From positions 1,736,001-1,800,000 of the forward strand of contig MU058636.1 of NCBI GenBank assembly GCA_013265495.1: a stretch of 64,000 bases of DNA, read 5' to 3'. Source of the stretch: Vicugna vicugna (taxonomy: Eukaryota). Of this stretch, positions 24,814-38,670 are shown one piece after another. The stretch's first letter is position 1. The number at the start of each line of letters is the position of its first letter. The notes under the pieces were generated by a model. That model saw nothing but the letters and a program-made list of their open reading frames with translations. It was not told the origin of the DNA and made no database searches. The position numbers were made by a program, and so were the translations under genes.

Positions 24814-26299
24814 TGCAGTCTGTGATGCTCACCTGGGGTCCCAGGTCACGGCTGGTCAAGGTTGTCCGCCAACAAAACTAGGTTCCAGCCTCTGCTCTCC
24901 TCACGCCCTTGCTCACACACCCTCCCCTCATCCAAACTCCCTGGGGGACAGTTCTCAGTTCTCATGCATCCCGTCCTGCATGCAGGAAGTTCGGAGAGTT
25001 GCTGTCACCTTCAGCCATCCTCCTTTCCAGAGGTCGCCAACAGGGAACAGGAGGGAGAGGACCGTGCCTAACACCATGGACTGCGCTGGGAATGGCGGCA
25101 TTTCAGGCAGCAGGTCTGTCTCTGGGGGGCCTGGACTTCCCCCTTCAAGTCCCGCTTCACGGGGTCAGCACTGCTTCCACCTTCACGTCAGACTGCTCTG
25201 CTCTTGATGCCTGGGGCTCCCTAACCAGCCTCCCCCCGGGACACCGCATGTGCGTGCTTCTAAGAAAGAGGTGCAACCCGGCACATGTCAGGTGAAAAAA
25301 AAGCAAGGACAAGGCGAAGCCTCTGGAAGGTAGGTGCCGCCATCATGGCTAAAGAAACAGCAAATTAAAGGCTGGTCGTATCCACCTTGTCATCAGCTCT
25401 CTGCATCAGCAAGAGCAGCAGAGGTGGCTTTTCCCCTTTCTTTTCTCTCCAGCCAAGCCCTGCGTGTGCTTTCAGGTTACTCCCTGGGAAGGACCCTGGA
25501 CCTCTCTCAATCCACGGCCTCCTTTCATCTGCCCCAGCCGTCACCACACCTACCTCTGCCTCAAAGTCCTCGTGAAAACTCCCTTCCGGTCCTCGGCTGG
25601 CAGCTGGTCACGTAGGCAGGATGCACCGTGGTGAGCTCCCGGTTCCTCCACCCCACCCCACCCCACCCCCACACTCAGGCTGTGCCTTCGTGGCAGAGCT
25701 CGGATTCATCTGAAGCTTTAGAAACACGTATCTGAATGACTTCTTAGGTCTCACTCAGGACAAACAGAAGCACTGCAAGTCGGCCTCTAGGATGGAGTCT
25801 GTGTGTAACCCTCACTGGCCAGGAACGTCATTCTAAATGACCACGTACTTCTGCTGGGGCTGGTCAAAACCCAAAGGCGACTTTGCAAGAAGGAAAAATC
25901 TGTACTTGGTTCCTTTGACTGCAACTCAGCTCTTTCCTTCATCCTTCATCCCCTCCTCCGTTTATTCCTTCCACCTACTGCGCCTGACTGAGCACCACCA
26001 CGTGTCCAGCTCTGGGCCAGCCACTACGGACACAGTGCTGAATGGAGCCCTCGCTCCCATCACTGACCCCAGAAACCAATGCCCCTGGAGCCCTCACTTC
26101 CTGGCCTGGACCTAAGGTCCTTTCACCGCAGGGGAGGGAGGCAGTGACTGTCGTTTCCTGGGATGAAGCTGTGTTGAGAGGAATGTTCTAGGCATAGGGA
26201 TAACTTGGCAAACATGGCCAAAATGTCTTCTTCAAGCACCACGTGCACACGGAGCAGCACACAGCTCACAAGCTCGATGAACATCCACACTTGTGCAAC

Positions 26300-26990
26300 C
26301 AGCAACCAGACTGAGAAACACAACCTGACCAGCACCCACAGGAGTCACGGCTCCAGCCACCTCCCCTCCCCCACCAACGGTAACCATGATCCTGCCCCTG
26401 AACAGCGTGAAACGTCGCACAAACTGAACCACGTGTGTACACTTTGTCTCTGGCTCCCTTTGCTCTGGGTGAGCTCTGTGAGGCTCGCCGTGGTTTTGCC
26501 CAGAGCTGCAGCTTGTTCACCCGTCCGCGCGCCGTGGCTGGAGACTGCTCCCGTGGGTGGGCATTGGGCTCCATTGATCCCTTCTGTGCTGCTGGACGCC
26601 TGGCCCGTCCCTGCTCTGGTGCCGCCACAGCCAGTATGGTGATAAGCCATCCTGTACTTGTCTTTGATGAGGTGGGCACCGTGTCTGCTGAGTGTGTGCT
26701 CCGGCTTGGGGCTGCTAGCGCACTGGGTCTGCAGAGGTCTAGCTTTGCAGGATGCTGCAGTGGGTTTTCAAAGGGGTCCTATCCATTTACATCCCACCTC
26801 ACCAACCCTCAGGATTGGCTGTCTTCATCAAAGTGCCCTCCCACTGGGTGTGGAGCATCCTGGTTTTCATTTGTGTTTCTCTGAAGATGATGGATGTTGA
26901 ACACCTTTTCCTAAGTGTTAACAGCCATTTGAATATCCTTCTCTCAATCAGTTTTTTCCTAATGTCTTCGTCCTGGGAGGATTGTGCTTT
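26300..26990 (-). mobile_element. Highly diverged L1ME-like fragment
   Basis: 'ggtaaccatgatcctg...tttgtctctggctccctttgctc...ccatttacatcccacc...ggttttcatttgtgtttctctgaagatgatggatgttgaacaccttttc'. Confidence 0.6.
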
Positions 26991-27119
26991 ATTTTTTATT
27001 TGCCTTATTTTTTTGTCAACATGAGTGGAAATTAGTGTTCATCTAATCTATGTCTGGCTTATAGTCATGTTCATGGTCGTCAGAGAAAGTAATAACTACA
27101 CATAATAATAACTCATATA

Positions 27120-27300
27120 ATAACTGTGAGAGTGTTTTTGAGTGCTTACTGTCCTATCTCATTTTATCTTCACAAAGACCCTGAGATACGGTCATCCCCA
27201 TTTTACAGAAGAGTAAACTGAGGCACAGAAAGGTTAAGTAACTTACACAAGATCACACAGCAAAATTAGTGTTCATATCAGTATTTAAATGTAGGCAACA
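27120..27300 (-). mobile_element. MIR SINE
   Basis: Core 'ccccattttacagaagagtaaactgaggcacagaaaggttaagtaacttacacaagatcacacagc'. Confidence 0.88.
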
Positions 27301-30300
27301 GTCTCACACTAGGGCTTCTGCTGTTAATCTCTATCTCAATTGGCTTCCAGGCCCCGCCACCCACAACATGACACACACGACAGCAATTGTACACCTCTGT
27401 CACCCGGCTGGGACTCTCCTCTGTCAGCCTCGCAGCATCAGCTGGTCTGTTCTCCAGCCTCCATTGCTCCTCAGACGGGGTTTTGAGGGTCAGGGGAATG
27501 TGGTCTCCCTGTGCCCCAGGTTTTCCAAGGCAATCAGTACACACTCTGCATCTTCAGTTTGGAAGATACAGGCCCCATAACCGTCATCCCCTGTTCTAGA
27601 TGGAACTTTGAGGCTGGTGGCTCCTTCCTGAGCGCCCCTCCTCTGCCACCCTCCTTTAGTTTATTCCCTCCTGCCATCCGTGTTCCCCCTGTTTCCTCTA
27701 CCGAGTCTCAGCTCTTTGAAGGGGAGGAGCTGCTGGTTACTTGACTTGATGTTACTCTTATTAAAGGAACAGAGGGAGGGAACTGATTGTCTCATAGAAT
27801 GTTTAACTCCTGCCAAAATAAAAACTATTTATCACTAACATATCGCATAATCCCCATCAAGAGCCAGCACTGACATGGGAGAAAAACTGACTGAAAATGC
27901 CGGAAAATACCCCAGTGGGAAATACAGGCCCCCCCCGTGCCCCTGAGTCCCTTACCTTTGGGCAAAAACTATGGTAAAAAGAGTTTTTGAAACAATAATA
28001 AATGATGATGTGATGATGATGACAACAACGTAACAGTAACGGAGTGTCTCCAATAAGCTCATAATCAGCCCTAAGCTGCCACTTCCATAAACAGAGGTCT
28101 GTACGTTGGTCCAAAGGCCAACAAACCTGAACCTCACTAGAGAAAAAGGAAAAGTGTAGAGCCAAGAGCTACCCAGTGTCGGCATTCACCGTTCCAGTAA
28201 CACTCATCTCCCCCTCCTCCCGGCAGAGCGGGTTACAGGGCTGTACCGGAGGTGGCCCCTGGGACGTGGGCTTCTTGCCACACCCCGTGGGGCCCTGAAG
28301 GAGCCTCCCTCCACATCCCGTGGAAAACTAAGTCCTGCCAATCTGACCTTTCCCTCTGCTCCTTCCCTGGTCCAGGCTTCTGAACCACGCCAGTAGCCTC
28401 CCTTCTGACTGGTTCCCTGGCCACCTCTGTCCCTCCCACTGCACCCTCAGCCCCTGCCTCTCCCACTGTCATCACAGCACAAAATCTTAGAGGCCCTTCC
28501 TTGAGTCCACTGTGCAAAGACAGAGGCTTACACGCCAACCCTGGCTCCCCAGCTGGGCGGCCTGCAGCTCCCCAATACCCTGCTGCTGCATGCTCCTCAC
28601 CTGGGCCCCACCAGCTCCCCTTCCACCCCCTCTCCCTGTCTTTGTCTCGCCAACTCACAGACTTTCTTCTTGACTCTGATGGAAGCTCCTGGTGCCGCTC
28701 CAGGCTGGGCCCAGCAACCCCTGTCTCCCCGTATGGCCCCCTGCCTCTGTCCACGTGGAGCACACTTCACCATGCACCCCACCACCTGTCTCCTCCCCAC
28801 GCAGTGTAGACTCCCGAAAGCACAGTCTGGGTACCGCTTCTCACCCACAACTCCAGAGGGCAGCCCAGTGTCCAGCTCAGGACAGCTGCCCAGGAAGCTG
28901 AACCCCTCAACCATTAGGGGCCCGAGAGCCTCAGCTCCTATAGCTTTGGAAAGGAATCAGGCCAGAAGAGGAATCCACCCACTCACTTCACAGCTGAGAG
29001 AGCGTAGAGGCCACAGCGGGGCTTGGTCAGGACAGGGAGGGATCTGCTCTCCTGTGCTCATCTGACCAGGCCCAGCACAGCACAGGGCAGGCGAGCAGAC
29101 GGACCTGTTCTCCCCAGACCCCCTGGGAAGAGAAGAGCTGGAATCCAAGCCGGAGAGGGGAGTGAGGAGTGATTACAGGGTCTCACAACCACTGGCCAGT
29201 CAGAGAGGGGCCAGCTCTGCCCACACAAGTAGGAATGTCCACAGAGCTGGGCAGGACTGTCACCTCAGGCCACCCCTGGGAGGGGCCGCCAGCCCTCCCC
29301 TACCTGGTTAAGGACTCGGTTGGTGTGGACTGACCATCATCAGGCCAAGTCAAGAAAGCAGGGGTCTACAGCTTAAACACAGCGGGCGTGACCAGACATC
29401 CAGGGACTAAGTCCTTGAAAGCACAGTGCTCAGAGCCACGCCCACTCACACATTTCAAAGCCAGCTCTGGGGCCCACATTCAAGCGGCTGCATTTTGGTC
29501 TGGCTGTCAGCGTTATACGAGGCTTCAGAAGGCAGTCTGGGGCCCAAGGGAAGTCTCGTTACGACGGTTTTTGCCTGGAAGGGTCCAGGTCCTGTCTTGG
29601 ATGGGGTCTCTCCGCCCAGGACCTTGGCTTTCTGTACCCGCTCAGTGTCCTTTTGGAGGGATGGCCATGCCCAGACCTGGCACCTGGACTCCGCCCTGAC
29701 CCTTACTAGCTGAGTGTCCACAGGCAATTCCATTCCCCTGAGTCAGGTTTGACATGACCCAGCCCAGCAGAGCCAAGTGCACTGGGCATGCGCACCAGCG
29801 GGGATCAGTTAGGAAGTATAAGAGCCTCCCCACCATGGAACACATCACAGTCACTTAAAAAAAAAAAGCACTGATACCAAATGAACTCCAAAATGCACTG
29901 AGATGTGAGGAGCACAGTATAGAACCTGATGTGCATAGTGCCCGTCACGAGAAAGGGACAGGAGCACCGTGTGTACTTCCACATTATCTCCAAAGGACTT
30001 TACAAGGAACTGATGGCGTGGGCTATTTCCTAGACGGAGACCCCCATGATCAGGGAGAAGGCGGGAAGGGACACTTCTGCCATCCTTCCCCTTCTGAATT
30101 TCAACTACGTGAGTATATTAGCTCTTCACTGAAAAACTTTTAAAAAGTCAAGTAACATCAGTAGGATTTGGTGACTGACAGGACAGGGTGTGCAGGAGGG
30201 CAGAGAGGGGCAGACGTCAGAGGTGATTCTGAGATGCCAGTCTGCATGACTGGCTTGGCTCAAATACAGACCCCATAGAAAAGGGAAGGTTTGGGGGAAA

Positions 30301-31249
30301 GCAAATAAATGTAAACTTGGACTGTTGAGGTGGAAATGCAAGGAATATCCAAATTAAGACACTTAGCAGGGAACTGAAGACGTGTCAGGAGAGCTCACGG
30401 AATGAGGTGGTACAGAAAGCAGAGATTTGGGGCCGTCATCTCAGAAGGGACATTTACGGCTATGGAAATGGATGACGGGCTAGTCTTCCAAGTGAGAGGG
30501 GCAGAAACCTAACTCTGCCTGCCTTAAAAAATAAAAGGAGGAAGGAATTTGTTAGAATAAATTAGCGTGAAATCCAAGGAGAAGCACAGATCTGGTTGGG
30601 TCGAGGGATTGAAAAAACCTCCCTGGGATTCTGAGGGGGGAAGTCCCTACTCTGTAAATTCAAGAAAGAAAAGACATTGTTATTTAGCCCTACTCCCAAG
30701 CCATGAACACGTAGCCACACACAAGGTTTTAAAGCCATCCCCATCACTCGATGTGAGTCTCACACTAGCGTCACATCTGGAAACCATCCACAATGAAGGC
30801 ACAAGCCAGCTCATCCCCAAAACCCATGCTTCTCCCAGCTCTACCCGAGAACAACACTTGCTAGGTTCACACAGAGCGACACAGCCCTCCTGACGGAGCA
30901 GGTAAGACGGTCATCACACGCACAGAAAGAGGATGCTGACTTCTCTCCTACCGTGCTCTGCTGTCCCGCATCCGCCGCACAGCCCGGCTCGCCTCTGCTT
31001 GCTGTGATTCACATGTGGGTTCCAGCCACTTGTCAATGAATTGTTCCCTGACAGCTCCAGGCTTTCTTGGTCCTTAGAGCTCTAGTCCCAGGATTCCTGG
31101 TAACATAAGGAAAAGACACAGGGAGGATTCCATCAGCTCAGTTTAGATCACGCGACCAACACTAGACCAGTCATAGTAGAAAAGAGGGGAGAGTACTTCA
31201 CTTGGCCAAACCTAAATCAAGTGCCATGCTGTTTACTCTCCACTGACCA

Positions 31250-31694
31250 GCCTCCTGGACCAATTCTCCATCCTCGTCTGTCCTCAACATGGCAGATGCT
31301 GACTCCAATGAGTGCATCCCCGACATTCCCTCACCCACTGGCTTCTAGCTGGATTTAGCAAGTAGGAGGCACTGGCAGGTACTTAGAGGGCAGGAGGAGA
31401 GAAAGGTTAGGGTCTTTCTTCCCTGCACCCTCCTTGCTTTGGGTTGCAAATTGTCAGTGGTTGCATCCCTTCTCAGCTACTACCGAGGAGTTTGTCCTAC
31501 AAAACTTGGCTGTCACTGGGTGCTGATAACCATATTTCTTCCTCTTCTCCCTTCAGACTGAGGGATGAGAATGGCTTCCTGCTGTTGGTTCTCTTAACCC
31601 TGCCAGCACCTCTACAAACAATTCCTCCTTTAAAATCTCCTCAGTTGACCATATCAATGGAATTCTGCTTCTCCCCAAGATCTTGACTGACACA
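31250..31694 (+). mobile_element. LTR33-like ERVL solo LTR
   Basis: 'ggaggcactggcagg...gagggcaggaggagagaaaggttagggtct...ctcttaaccctgcc...tttaaaatctcctcag...cttgactgacaca' ends in the CA terminus. Confidence 0.75.
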
Positions 31695-32039
31695 GGTGTC
31701 TAACATTCGGGTTGAAGGTACTCATTTCCCTTCAAAGAAAGGGGTGCTGAGCAGACACAAGTATGCCTCCAAGCGAGGGGAACTAGCTGAGATGTTCGGA
31801 GGGGCTCCAGCTGAGGACAGAGCTTTGGAGGTGGCTGCATCTAAGGGGCAAGAGAAGAGAGACAGTCTAACAGGGAGGGTGTGGAATTCAAAGGAGTTAT
31901 GAGAATGATTCCAAGAAAACGTTATGGAAATACCCTGAGAGAGAGGAGAGCATTTTAAGAAAGTGGTAAGTGCTATAGAAGTTCCATACCATGAGAACTA
32001 GGAAGAGGCTGCTGGACTTACTGACTGGAAAGTATTGCT

Positions 32040-32915
32040 ACATCACTAATCACCAGAGAAACGCAAATCAAAGCCACAATGAGATATCACCTCCCACCTG
32101 GCAGAATGGCTATCATCAACAAGTCTACAAATAACAAATGTTGACAATCATGTATAGAAAAGGAAAGCCTTGTGCACTGCTGGTGGGAATGTACACTGGT
32201 GCAGTGACTGTGAAAACAGTGGGGACGGTCCTCAGAAAACTAAAAATAGAACTACCATATGATCCAGCAATTCCACTCCTGGGTACACATCCACAAAAAA
32301 CTAAAACACTAATTCAAAAAGACACATGTACCAAAATGTTTATAGCAGCATTATTCACAATAACTAACATATGAGAGCAACCTAAGTGTCCATCAACAGA
32401 TGAACCGATAAAGATGTTACTTACACACACACACACACACACAGAGGAATACTACTCAGCCTCAAAAAAGAAAGAAATTTTGCCATTTGCAACAACATGG
32501 ATGGACCTGGAGGGTATTATGCTAAGTAAAGTAAGTCAGACAAAGAAAGACAAATAGTGCATGTTCTCACTTATTAGTGGAATCTAAAAATGAAACGAAT
32601 GTATATAACAAACAGAAATAGACTCTCAGATATAGAGAACAAACTAGTGGTTATCAATGGGAGAGGGACATAGGGAGGGCAAGACAGGGGTAGGGGGTTA
32701 AGAGGTGCAAACTACTATGTATAAAAAAGTTAGCTACAAGGATTTACTGGACAGCACAGGGAATACAACCAATAGTTTATAATGACTTTAAATGGAATAT
32801 AATCTACAAAAATATTGAATCACTGTGTTGTACTCCAGAAACTAATGAACTATTGTAAATCAACTACACTTCAACAAATAAATTAATTTAATTAAAACAA
32901 ACAAGAACAACAAAA
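32040..32915 (+). mobile_element. L1 3' portion (ORF2 C-terminus, 3'-UTR, A-rich tail)
   Basis: ORF 32138..32374 ...LKIELPYDPAIPLLG...DTCTKMFIAALFTI is L1 ORF2; internal (AC)10 at 32423-32443; tail at 32875-32915. Confidence 0.93.
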
Positions 32916-32956
32916 GAAAGTTATTTCTAACCGTTGAACAGTCTCAGGAGAATGGT

Positions 32957-33494
32957 GTGATGGTTTTAAAAACATGCCCCCTCCCATTATTTACATTCTT
33001 CCCATGAGAGCTGGTGCCTCTGTCCCTTCCCCTTGAATCTGGGCTGGTTTACAACTGTTCTAACCAAGAGAGTAGAGCAGAAGAGGCATTGTGGGACTTC
33101 TGGAGCTAGGTCAGAAAATACCATGAGGCTGGTCTTGAGATGCTCACTTTTGGGCAAAATGAGACACCACATCAAAAGTCTGACTATGCTGAGTCTGCTG
33201 TGCTGGAGAGCCACAACCAGGTGCCCCAGGCAACAGCCTGTGTGAACCCCTACCTGATGGATTATGTCCCCTACCAGCCATGTGAATGAGCCCCTTGGAC
33301 CTCCAGCCCTGTCCAGCCTTCAGATGACCCCAGCCCCAAAGGATATCTGACTTTGCACAAGTCACCTCAAGCAAGAGCTTCCCCCCAGCCCTTCTCAAAT
33401 TCTTATTCTACAAAATCACGAAGAAAGTTAAATGGCAGGTGTTTTCAGTTGCTAAGCTTTGGGGGCGGGTTGTTACACAGCAGCAGTAACAAAC
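32957..33494 (+). mobile_element. MLT1 (F/G/H-like) MaLR LTR, followed by an internal-region remnant to about 33760
   Basis: Starts TGTGATGG; contains 'cccttccccttgaatctgggctgg' and 'cagccatgtgaatgagcc'; ends 'ttgttacacagcagcagtaacaaaca', then 'gattttgg' typical of an MLT-int start. Confidence 0.82.
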
Positions 33495-33769
33495 AGATTT
33501 TGGCGCTGGTGGTAAGGAGCTCCTTGAGCAAACACATTTTAGACGTGTAGGGCTGGCTGTGGGGCTGAGCCGAGCAAAGCTCAGAGGACTTCGAGGAGAT
33601 TTTTAGTAAAACTCAAAGAGGTTGTCCGTGGTGGCTTAAAGGAAAATGAGAGAAATGCTATTGGAAAGAGGAAAGCAGACCCTTGTTATAAAATGGCAAA
33701 AAGTTTAGCAAAATTCCACCCTTGGAAATGTGGAAAATCAAAAACAGACCTAATGAAATCCTCCTCCCC

Positions 33770-33895
33770 TGCTGGTGTGAATGTAATTGGTGCAGCCACT
33801 ATGGAGAACAGTATGGAATTTCCCTAAGAAACTAAAAATAGACTTACCATCTGCTCCAGCAATCCCACTCCTGTTATATATCCATCATACCTCAA
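33770..33895 (+). mobile_element. L1 ORF2 fragment
   Basis: 'ggtgcagccactatggagaacagtatgga...aaactaaaaatagacttaccat...ccagcaatcccactcctg'. Confidence 0.85.
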
Positions 33896-33999
33896 CCAAA
33901 AGAAAAGAAAATAGGTAGATCAAATTTAGAAGTGTATATTGGATGCTGAGATCCTGGGAGGAGACTGGAAGATTCTCCTGTGGAGAAGATTTCCATGCA

Positions 34000-34930
34000 A
34001 GAAGAAAAATCTACAGATACCAGCATCAAATACCTCACAGGCAGCCGGCCCAGCCCGATCGCCCGATGGTGAACCGTGGGCCACAACACCTAAGACCTCG
34101 ACATTTCCATCACTGTCAGTTTTTTGCTCTTTGATATGGGGGACAACCAAGAATTGTCAGTCATCTGAGGAAATCTTCTAACTTGAAAAATAGAGACCAA
34201 AACAAATAAACAAGGAGAAAATCAACTTGGACAAAACCGAGTTTGTGCAGGAGGACGAGAAGTTAAAAAAACAAAAAACTGCCATGAATATCCTTAAAGA
34301 GAAAACGCACTGCACCCATGAAGTAAGGACAGATGCCGTGTCTAAAGGGAAAGTCAGAGAATAGTAAGAACTGTTGTAAATTTTTAAAATATGCAGCAGA
34401 AACGAAAAACTCAGTAGAAGGAATGGATAGAAAACTAGGGAAGTCTCTTCAAATGATAGACCAAAAACCAAAGATATAAAAAGAAGGCAAAAAAAATTGT
34501 TAAAAAATTTTGAGAACCAGTCCAGGAGGCACCACAGCTTAATAATGGATGTTCTGGTGGAGAAAAAATAAACCAGGCTGAAAATATTCAACAATGAAAT
34601 AATTCTAGAAAAATTTCTGGAGCTAAAGGACATGAGTTTCCTGATTGAAAATGCTTGCTGAATGCCTGACAGAACAGGTGAAAACAGATCCACACCAAGC
34701 CACATTACTGTTAAAATTCAGAACATCAAAAATAAAGATTTCACAAGGAAAAATAAGTGTATCAAACATAAAGGATCAGAAATTGGAATGGCTTTAGATT
34801 TCTCAAATACTGACAGAAGGCAATAAAGCATTGCCTTCAAATTCTGAAACTTACTCCCAGCTGAGACTATTACTCCCAGCCAAATGGTCAATAAAGCTTG
34901 AGGGTTAGAGTGAAGTCACTTCAGACATGT
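34000..34930 (+). mobile_element. Ancient L1M/HAL1-like 5' and ORF1 remnant
   Basis: A-rich strand bias; 'gaaaaatttctggagctaaaggacatgagtttcctgattgaaa...cacaccaagccacattactg...aatggctttagatttctca'. Confidence 0.65.
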
Positions 34931-35221
34931 TGTCTCAGCCAGCTTTTGCTGTATAATGGACAACCACAGCTTTTACAAGCATACACAATATGCCTTTTTA
35001 CTCTTGCTTTTATGCCTGATGGATTAGCAGAAATGACTCTCCTTCAGGCTCTGAGTCTGCAGGTCACCTGGAGAGGTTCTGATCTGTGTGTAAATACTTA
35101 ACAGTGATAGAAGCAAAATTGCAATATGACTGTATCTGGAGAATGAGGGGGTGGAAAAGGTGAATATGGGTGGTGGGGCAGGACAGGAAAAAAGCGAAAT
35201 CCTTACCCTGCAGACAGAATA

Positions 35222-35460
35222 TCACAGTAGTTAAGAGTGTGAGCTGTGGGGCCAGATCACTTGGGTTTGAATCCCAACTCAGCCACTTATAAGATGTGTG
35301 ACCTTGGGCAAGTCACTGAATCTCTCTGTTCCTCGGTTTCCTCATCTGTAATGGCACAAATAACAATACTCACTTCCCAGAGCTGTTACGACCAGTAAAT
35401 AAATTGCACCCTCCAAAGTGCCTGGCACATGCTCTATGAGTGAGTGATACTATTATTTAT
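35222..35460 (+). mobile_element. MIR SINE, near full length
   Basis: 'gtagttaagagtgtgagctgtggggccagatcacttgggtttgaatcccaactcagccacttataagatgtgtgaccttgggcaagtcactgaatctctctgttcctcggtttcctcatctgtaa'. Confidence 0.92.
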
Positions 35461-36329
35461 CATGGTAGAAAACCACTGGAAAATGCCTAAACTGAAAGAA
35501 AAAAAAACCAAGAAGTAAACATTCAATTACATTATTTATAGACATGGATGTGAATGCCAAAATAATTGCCTAGGAGGTAAAAATGCTTGCCTTTAAGGAA
35601 AAAGAAAAAAAGGAAGGGATGAGGAACTGCTGTTTTTATTGGAGTGGTGGATTCCTCTGTGCATTGTAACTCTGAGAACAATAAAAACGAAAAATGAAGA
35701 AAAATGAAAGTGGGAAGATGCCAAGCCATGCACAAGGGAAACAGCCATTCCGTTTCTTTGAGGGTAGAAAGCCCAGTGGTCCCATGATACCAGAAATGGA
35801 AGGCAGGGATCAAAATATTGGGTTCCAGCAGCACATGGAAGGCGTCTATAGAAGGAAAAACTTGCTAATTTTCACTTAATCCAAGAGACAGTGTTATGTT
35901 TGTAATTAGAAAAAACATAATAGTTGGGCTCAGTAACATCCTAACTGCTGCAGCACAGTATCCACTGCTGTTTAATGCACTGCCCCAGTCCTCCCTCTCT
36001 TCTATTTATTTGTGTACATTAAGGACTCGGTGGATATTCATAGGTGCAATGCATTTTTTTGTTTGTTTTTCCAAATTAAACCACTGACTATCAGAACATC
36101 AAATAAATTTGGGGGCTTAAAGCAAACTTACCCTGTTAAAAAGTCCCCAATTTTCAATCACGCCCTTCTCTACAACTTTTACCTTCTAGGTAGTCTTGTT
36201 CTTAACAGTTAAAACAAACAAACAAGTAATCAATCAATCCCTGAAAAACTTGTCTTAAAGAAAAAAAGAAACAAAAGCTAACAAAACCAAAATACTAAAT
36301 CATTCCACATAAAACTAATATTATGAAAT

Positions 36330-37010
36330 GGTCTGATAAAAACATATATAGATAGGTCTAGAATTTTTAAAGAGGGAAATGAAAGCATAACTTCAATTGA
36401 AAATGAAAAAGAAAATATAAAACAAAAACAAGCAGAACTAAAACAAAAATAGGTCTATTTTTTTAAAAAAAGAAACCATTAGGAAATCTTAGAAACAAAA
36501 ATGACAACCATTGAAATAAAAAATGCAACAGATGGGATAAACTCTAAACCTGACATAGTCAAAGATAAAGTCAGCAAATTGAAAAACAGTGAGAAATTAA
36601 CTCAGAATGCAGTATACAGAGGCAATAAAAAATTAATGAGAGCTAAACAGACTTGGAGATAAGACTGAGAGAGTCAAAGAAATGTGTAACAGGAGTTTCA
36701 AAATAAAGGAAAGAATGAAGCATGACAAAGAAGAAACATTTTTCTTAATAATGCAGGTACTTTGCCAGAATGGAAGAAACATGTTCTAATGCATGTTGGA
36801 TACTAAGCAGGAAAAATCAGAAAAATAAATCCTACACACGGTACATTACAGTGAAACTTGAGAACATTTAAGGAGACAGGGGCAATTTCAGGAGCCATGA
36901 TAGAAAAAAGATACATTATCTACCAAGGAATTTCAACAGACTTCTTATCATAACAGTAAACGCCAGAAGGTAATAAGGCAGCATCTTGGAAAGTGCTGAG
37001 AGAACTGTCT
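36330..37010 (+). mobile_element. Ancient L1M/HAL1-like ORF1 remnant
   Basis: Strong A bias; 'aaatcttagaaacaaaaatgacaaccattgaaataaaaaatgcaacagatggg...catcttggaaagtgctgagag'. Confidence 0.6.
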
Positions 37011-38327
37011 GTGTAGGTACTACTAACATCTCCGGAGGAGTAAACTAAGACATTGCTAGCTTAAGTAATCCTCTTAAGATTCCACAGGTGGGATTTAAAC
37101 CCAGACAGTCTTAGCTCCACAATCCGGATTCTTAGCTATGAACCTACCCTGCATTTATAGGAATGCAGGGATAATTTTAAAAAAGAACAACTGACCAAGC
37201 AACAGCTAGACTAAATATTTAACAACAGGGAAAATGAGTAAATTACGCTACAGTCACACAACAGAAGACGAAACAGCAATTAAAATGAATAAATTGTACC
37301 TACACCCATCAAGAGGAATACTCCTCAGAAATTATAATGAACCCTCCACCAGAAACATGTGTTTAGACCTCTGAACCCTTAAACTCAAGAAGAATTGAAA
37401 GATGGCTAAGGATCATTAACGGTGAGGTTATATATTTTTCTTCTGAAAAATTTCCTTCTGGGAAATTTACCTGTTACATCTTTTCAACACTTTTTAGATT
37501 TGAAAGAAATAGTACAGTCTATTGTTTGGACTGAGAATGTTTAGGGCATCTGACAGTTTCAATGGGCTGCCAATCTGACCATACCTGCAGAGGTCATGTA
37601 AACACATGAAACTCAGTTAATTCAAAACCCACATGATCCTACTTAGAGTTGATCTCCTCTCAGTCTTTTGGTCAGAATCTCTTGTGTGTAGTCTGTGATC
37701 GATCCCCTTTGATTCTTCTGTTGAGTTATGATAGAGGAGCAACCAGATCATCTCATAGTTGCCAGGAACAGGGAAAAGGGGAAACTGAGAATCAGTTTAA
37801 GTTTATTCCCTAGGAGTTATACTAGGAAGCTAAAAATGCTTGGCAACTACCATCCATAGGTGACCTTGAGCTGAGAGACAATCCTCAGAATCTCAGACAG
37901 GACCATTTGTTTAAAATGAAGAATTTTGGTATGACATCCCCAGCTGGCCTGAGGACAGGCAACCGATGTCAAATCCTGGAGCTTTTCCCTAACTATTTAA
38001 GGACTAGACAAATAAGTACTAGCTTTGAATTTAGAAGGGGAATTTTGTGTTTGGATGATTGAGGCTATGTTATTAACCACCTCCTATCTCATCTTCCTGT
38101 CTACAGTCTGGTCTCTCTCAAGCCCAGGCTGAATTCAAGGGCTGAAATGACACATGTATTTATGACCCATTCTCCTGGTACTACACGCCTCAAAAAATGT
38201 CCGTCTTCTCAGCCAGACTGAAAGTTTGGTCGTGGCAGAGCTATAATGTTTATGCTTGACTGCAGGAGAGTTCAAAAAGTGTCTGATAAATAAGCAAAAA
38301 GCTGGTCATAATGTAATACTAGAGGAT

Positions 38328-38344
38328 GCTAGTAGGTGGCGCCA
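38328..38344 (+). promoter_or_regulatory. CTCF-like motif
   Basis: GCTAGTAGGTGGCGCCA. Confidence 0.5.
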
Positions 38345-38652
38345 TGTTTTCTTTTTGAGCTGAATTTTTAAATCTCTGGATAATTGAGAAAAGAAATCCA
38401 AGAGCACAGGGGCACTGAGAGCACAAAAGTAACCTTACTACTTGACACTCACACGGGGACCTGAGAAAAGATACACTTCTGCAGGTGTATCACCCAGAGC
38501 CCCCTTTAGTTAAGAAGTCCCGCTCTGGGAAATCCCTTTCTGGAAGTTTTTAGGGCCCAAAGTTGAATTTATGCTATTATGTGGGGTCAGTAACTCTTTC
38601 CACAGTTAAGTTTTACGACTGTGAGCCTGCCCTTTATAAAAAGCTATGTCTA

Positions 38653-38670
38653 AATCGCCACCTAGTGAAA
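38653..38670 (-). promoter_or_regulatory. CTCF-like motif
   Basis: Reverse complement reads TTTCACTAGGTGGCGATT. Confidence 0.5.

Noticed and set aside
34178..34705. 175-aa Phe/Leu/Ser-rich ORF on the minus strand
   Set aside because: Antisense of an A-rich L1/HAL1-like remnant; a compositional artefact.
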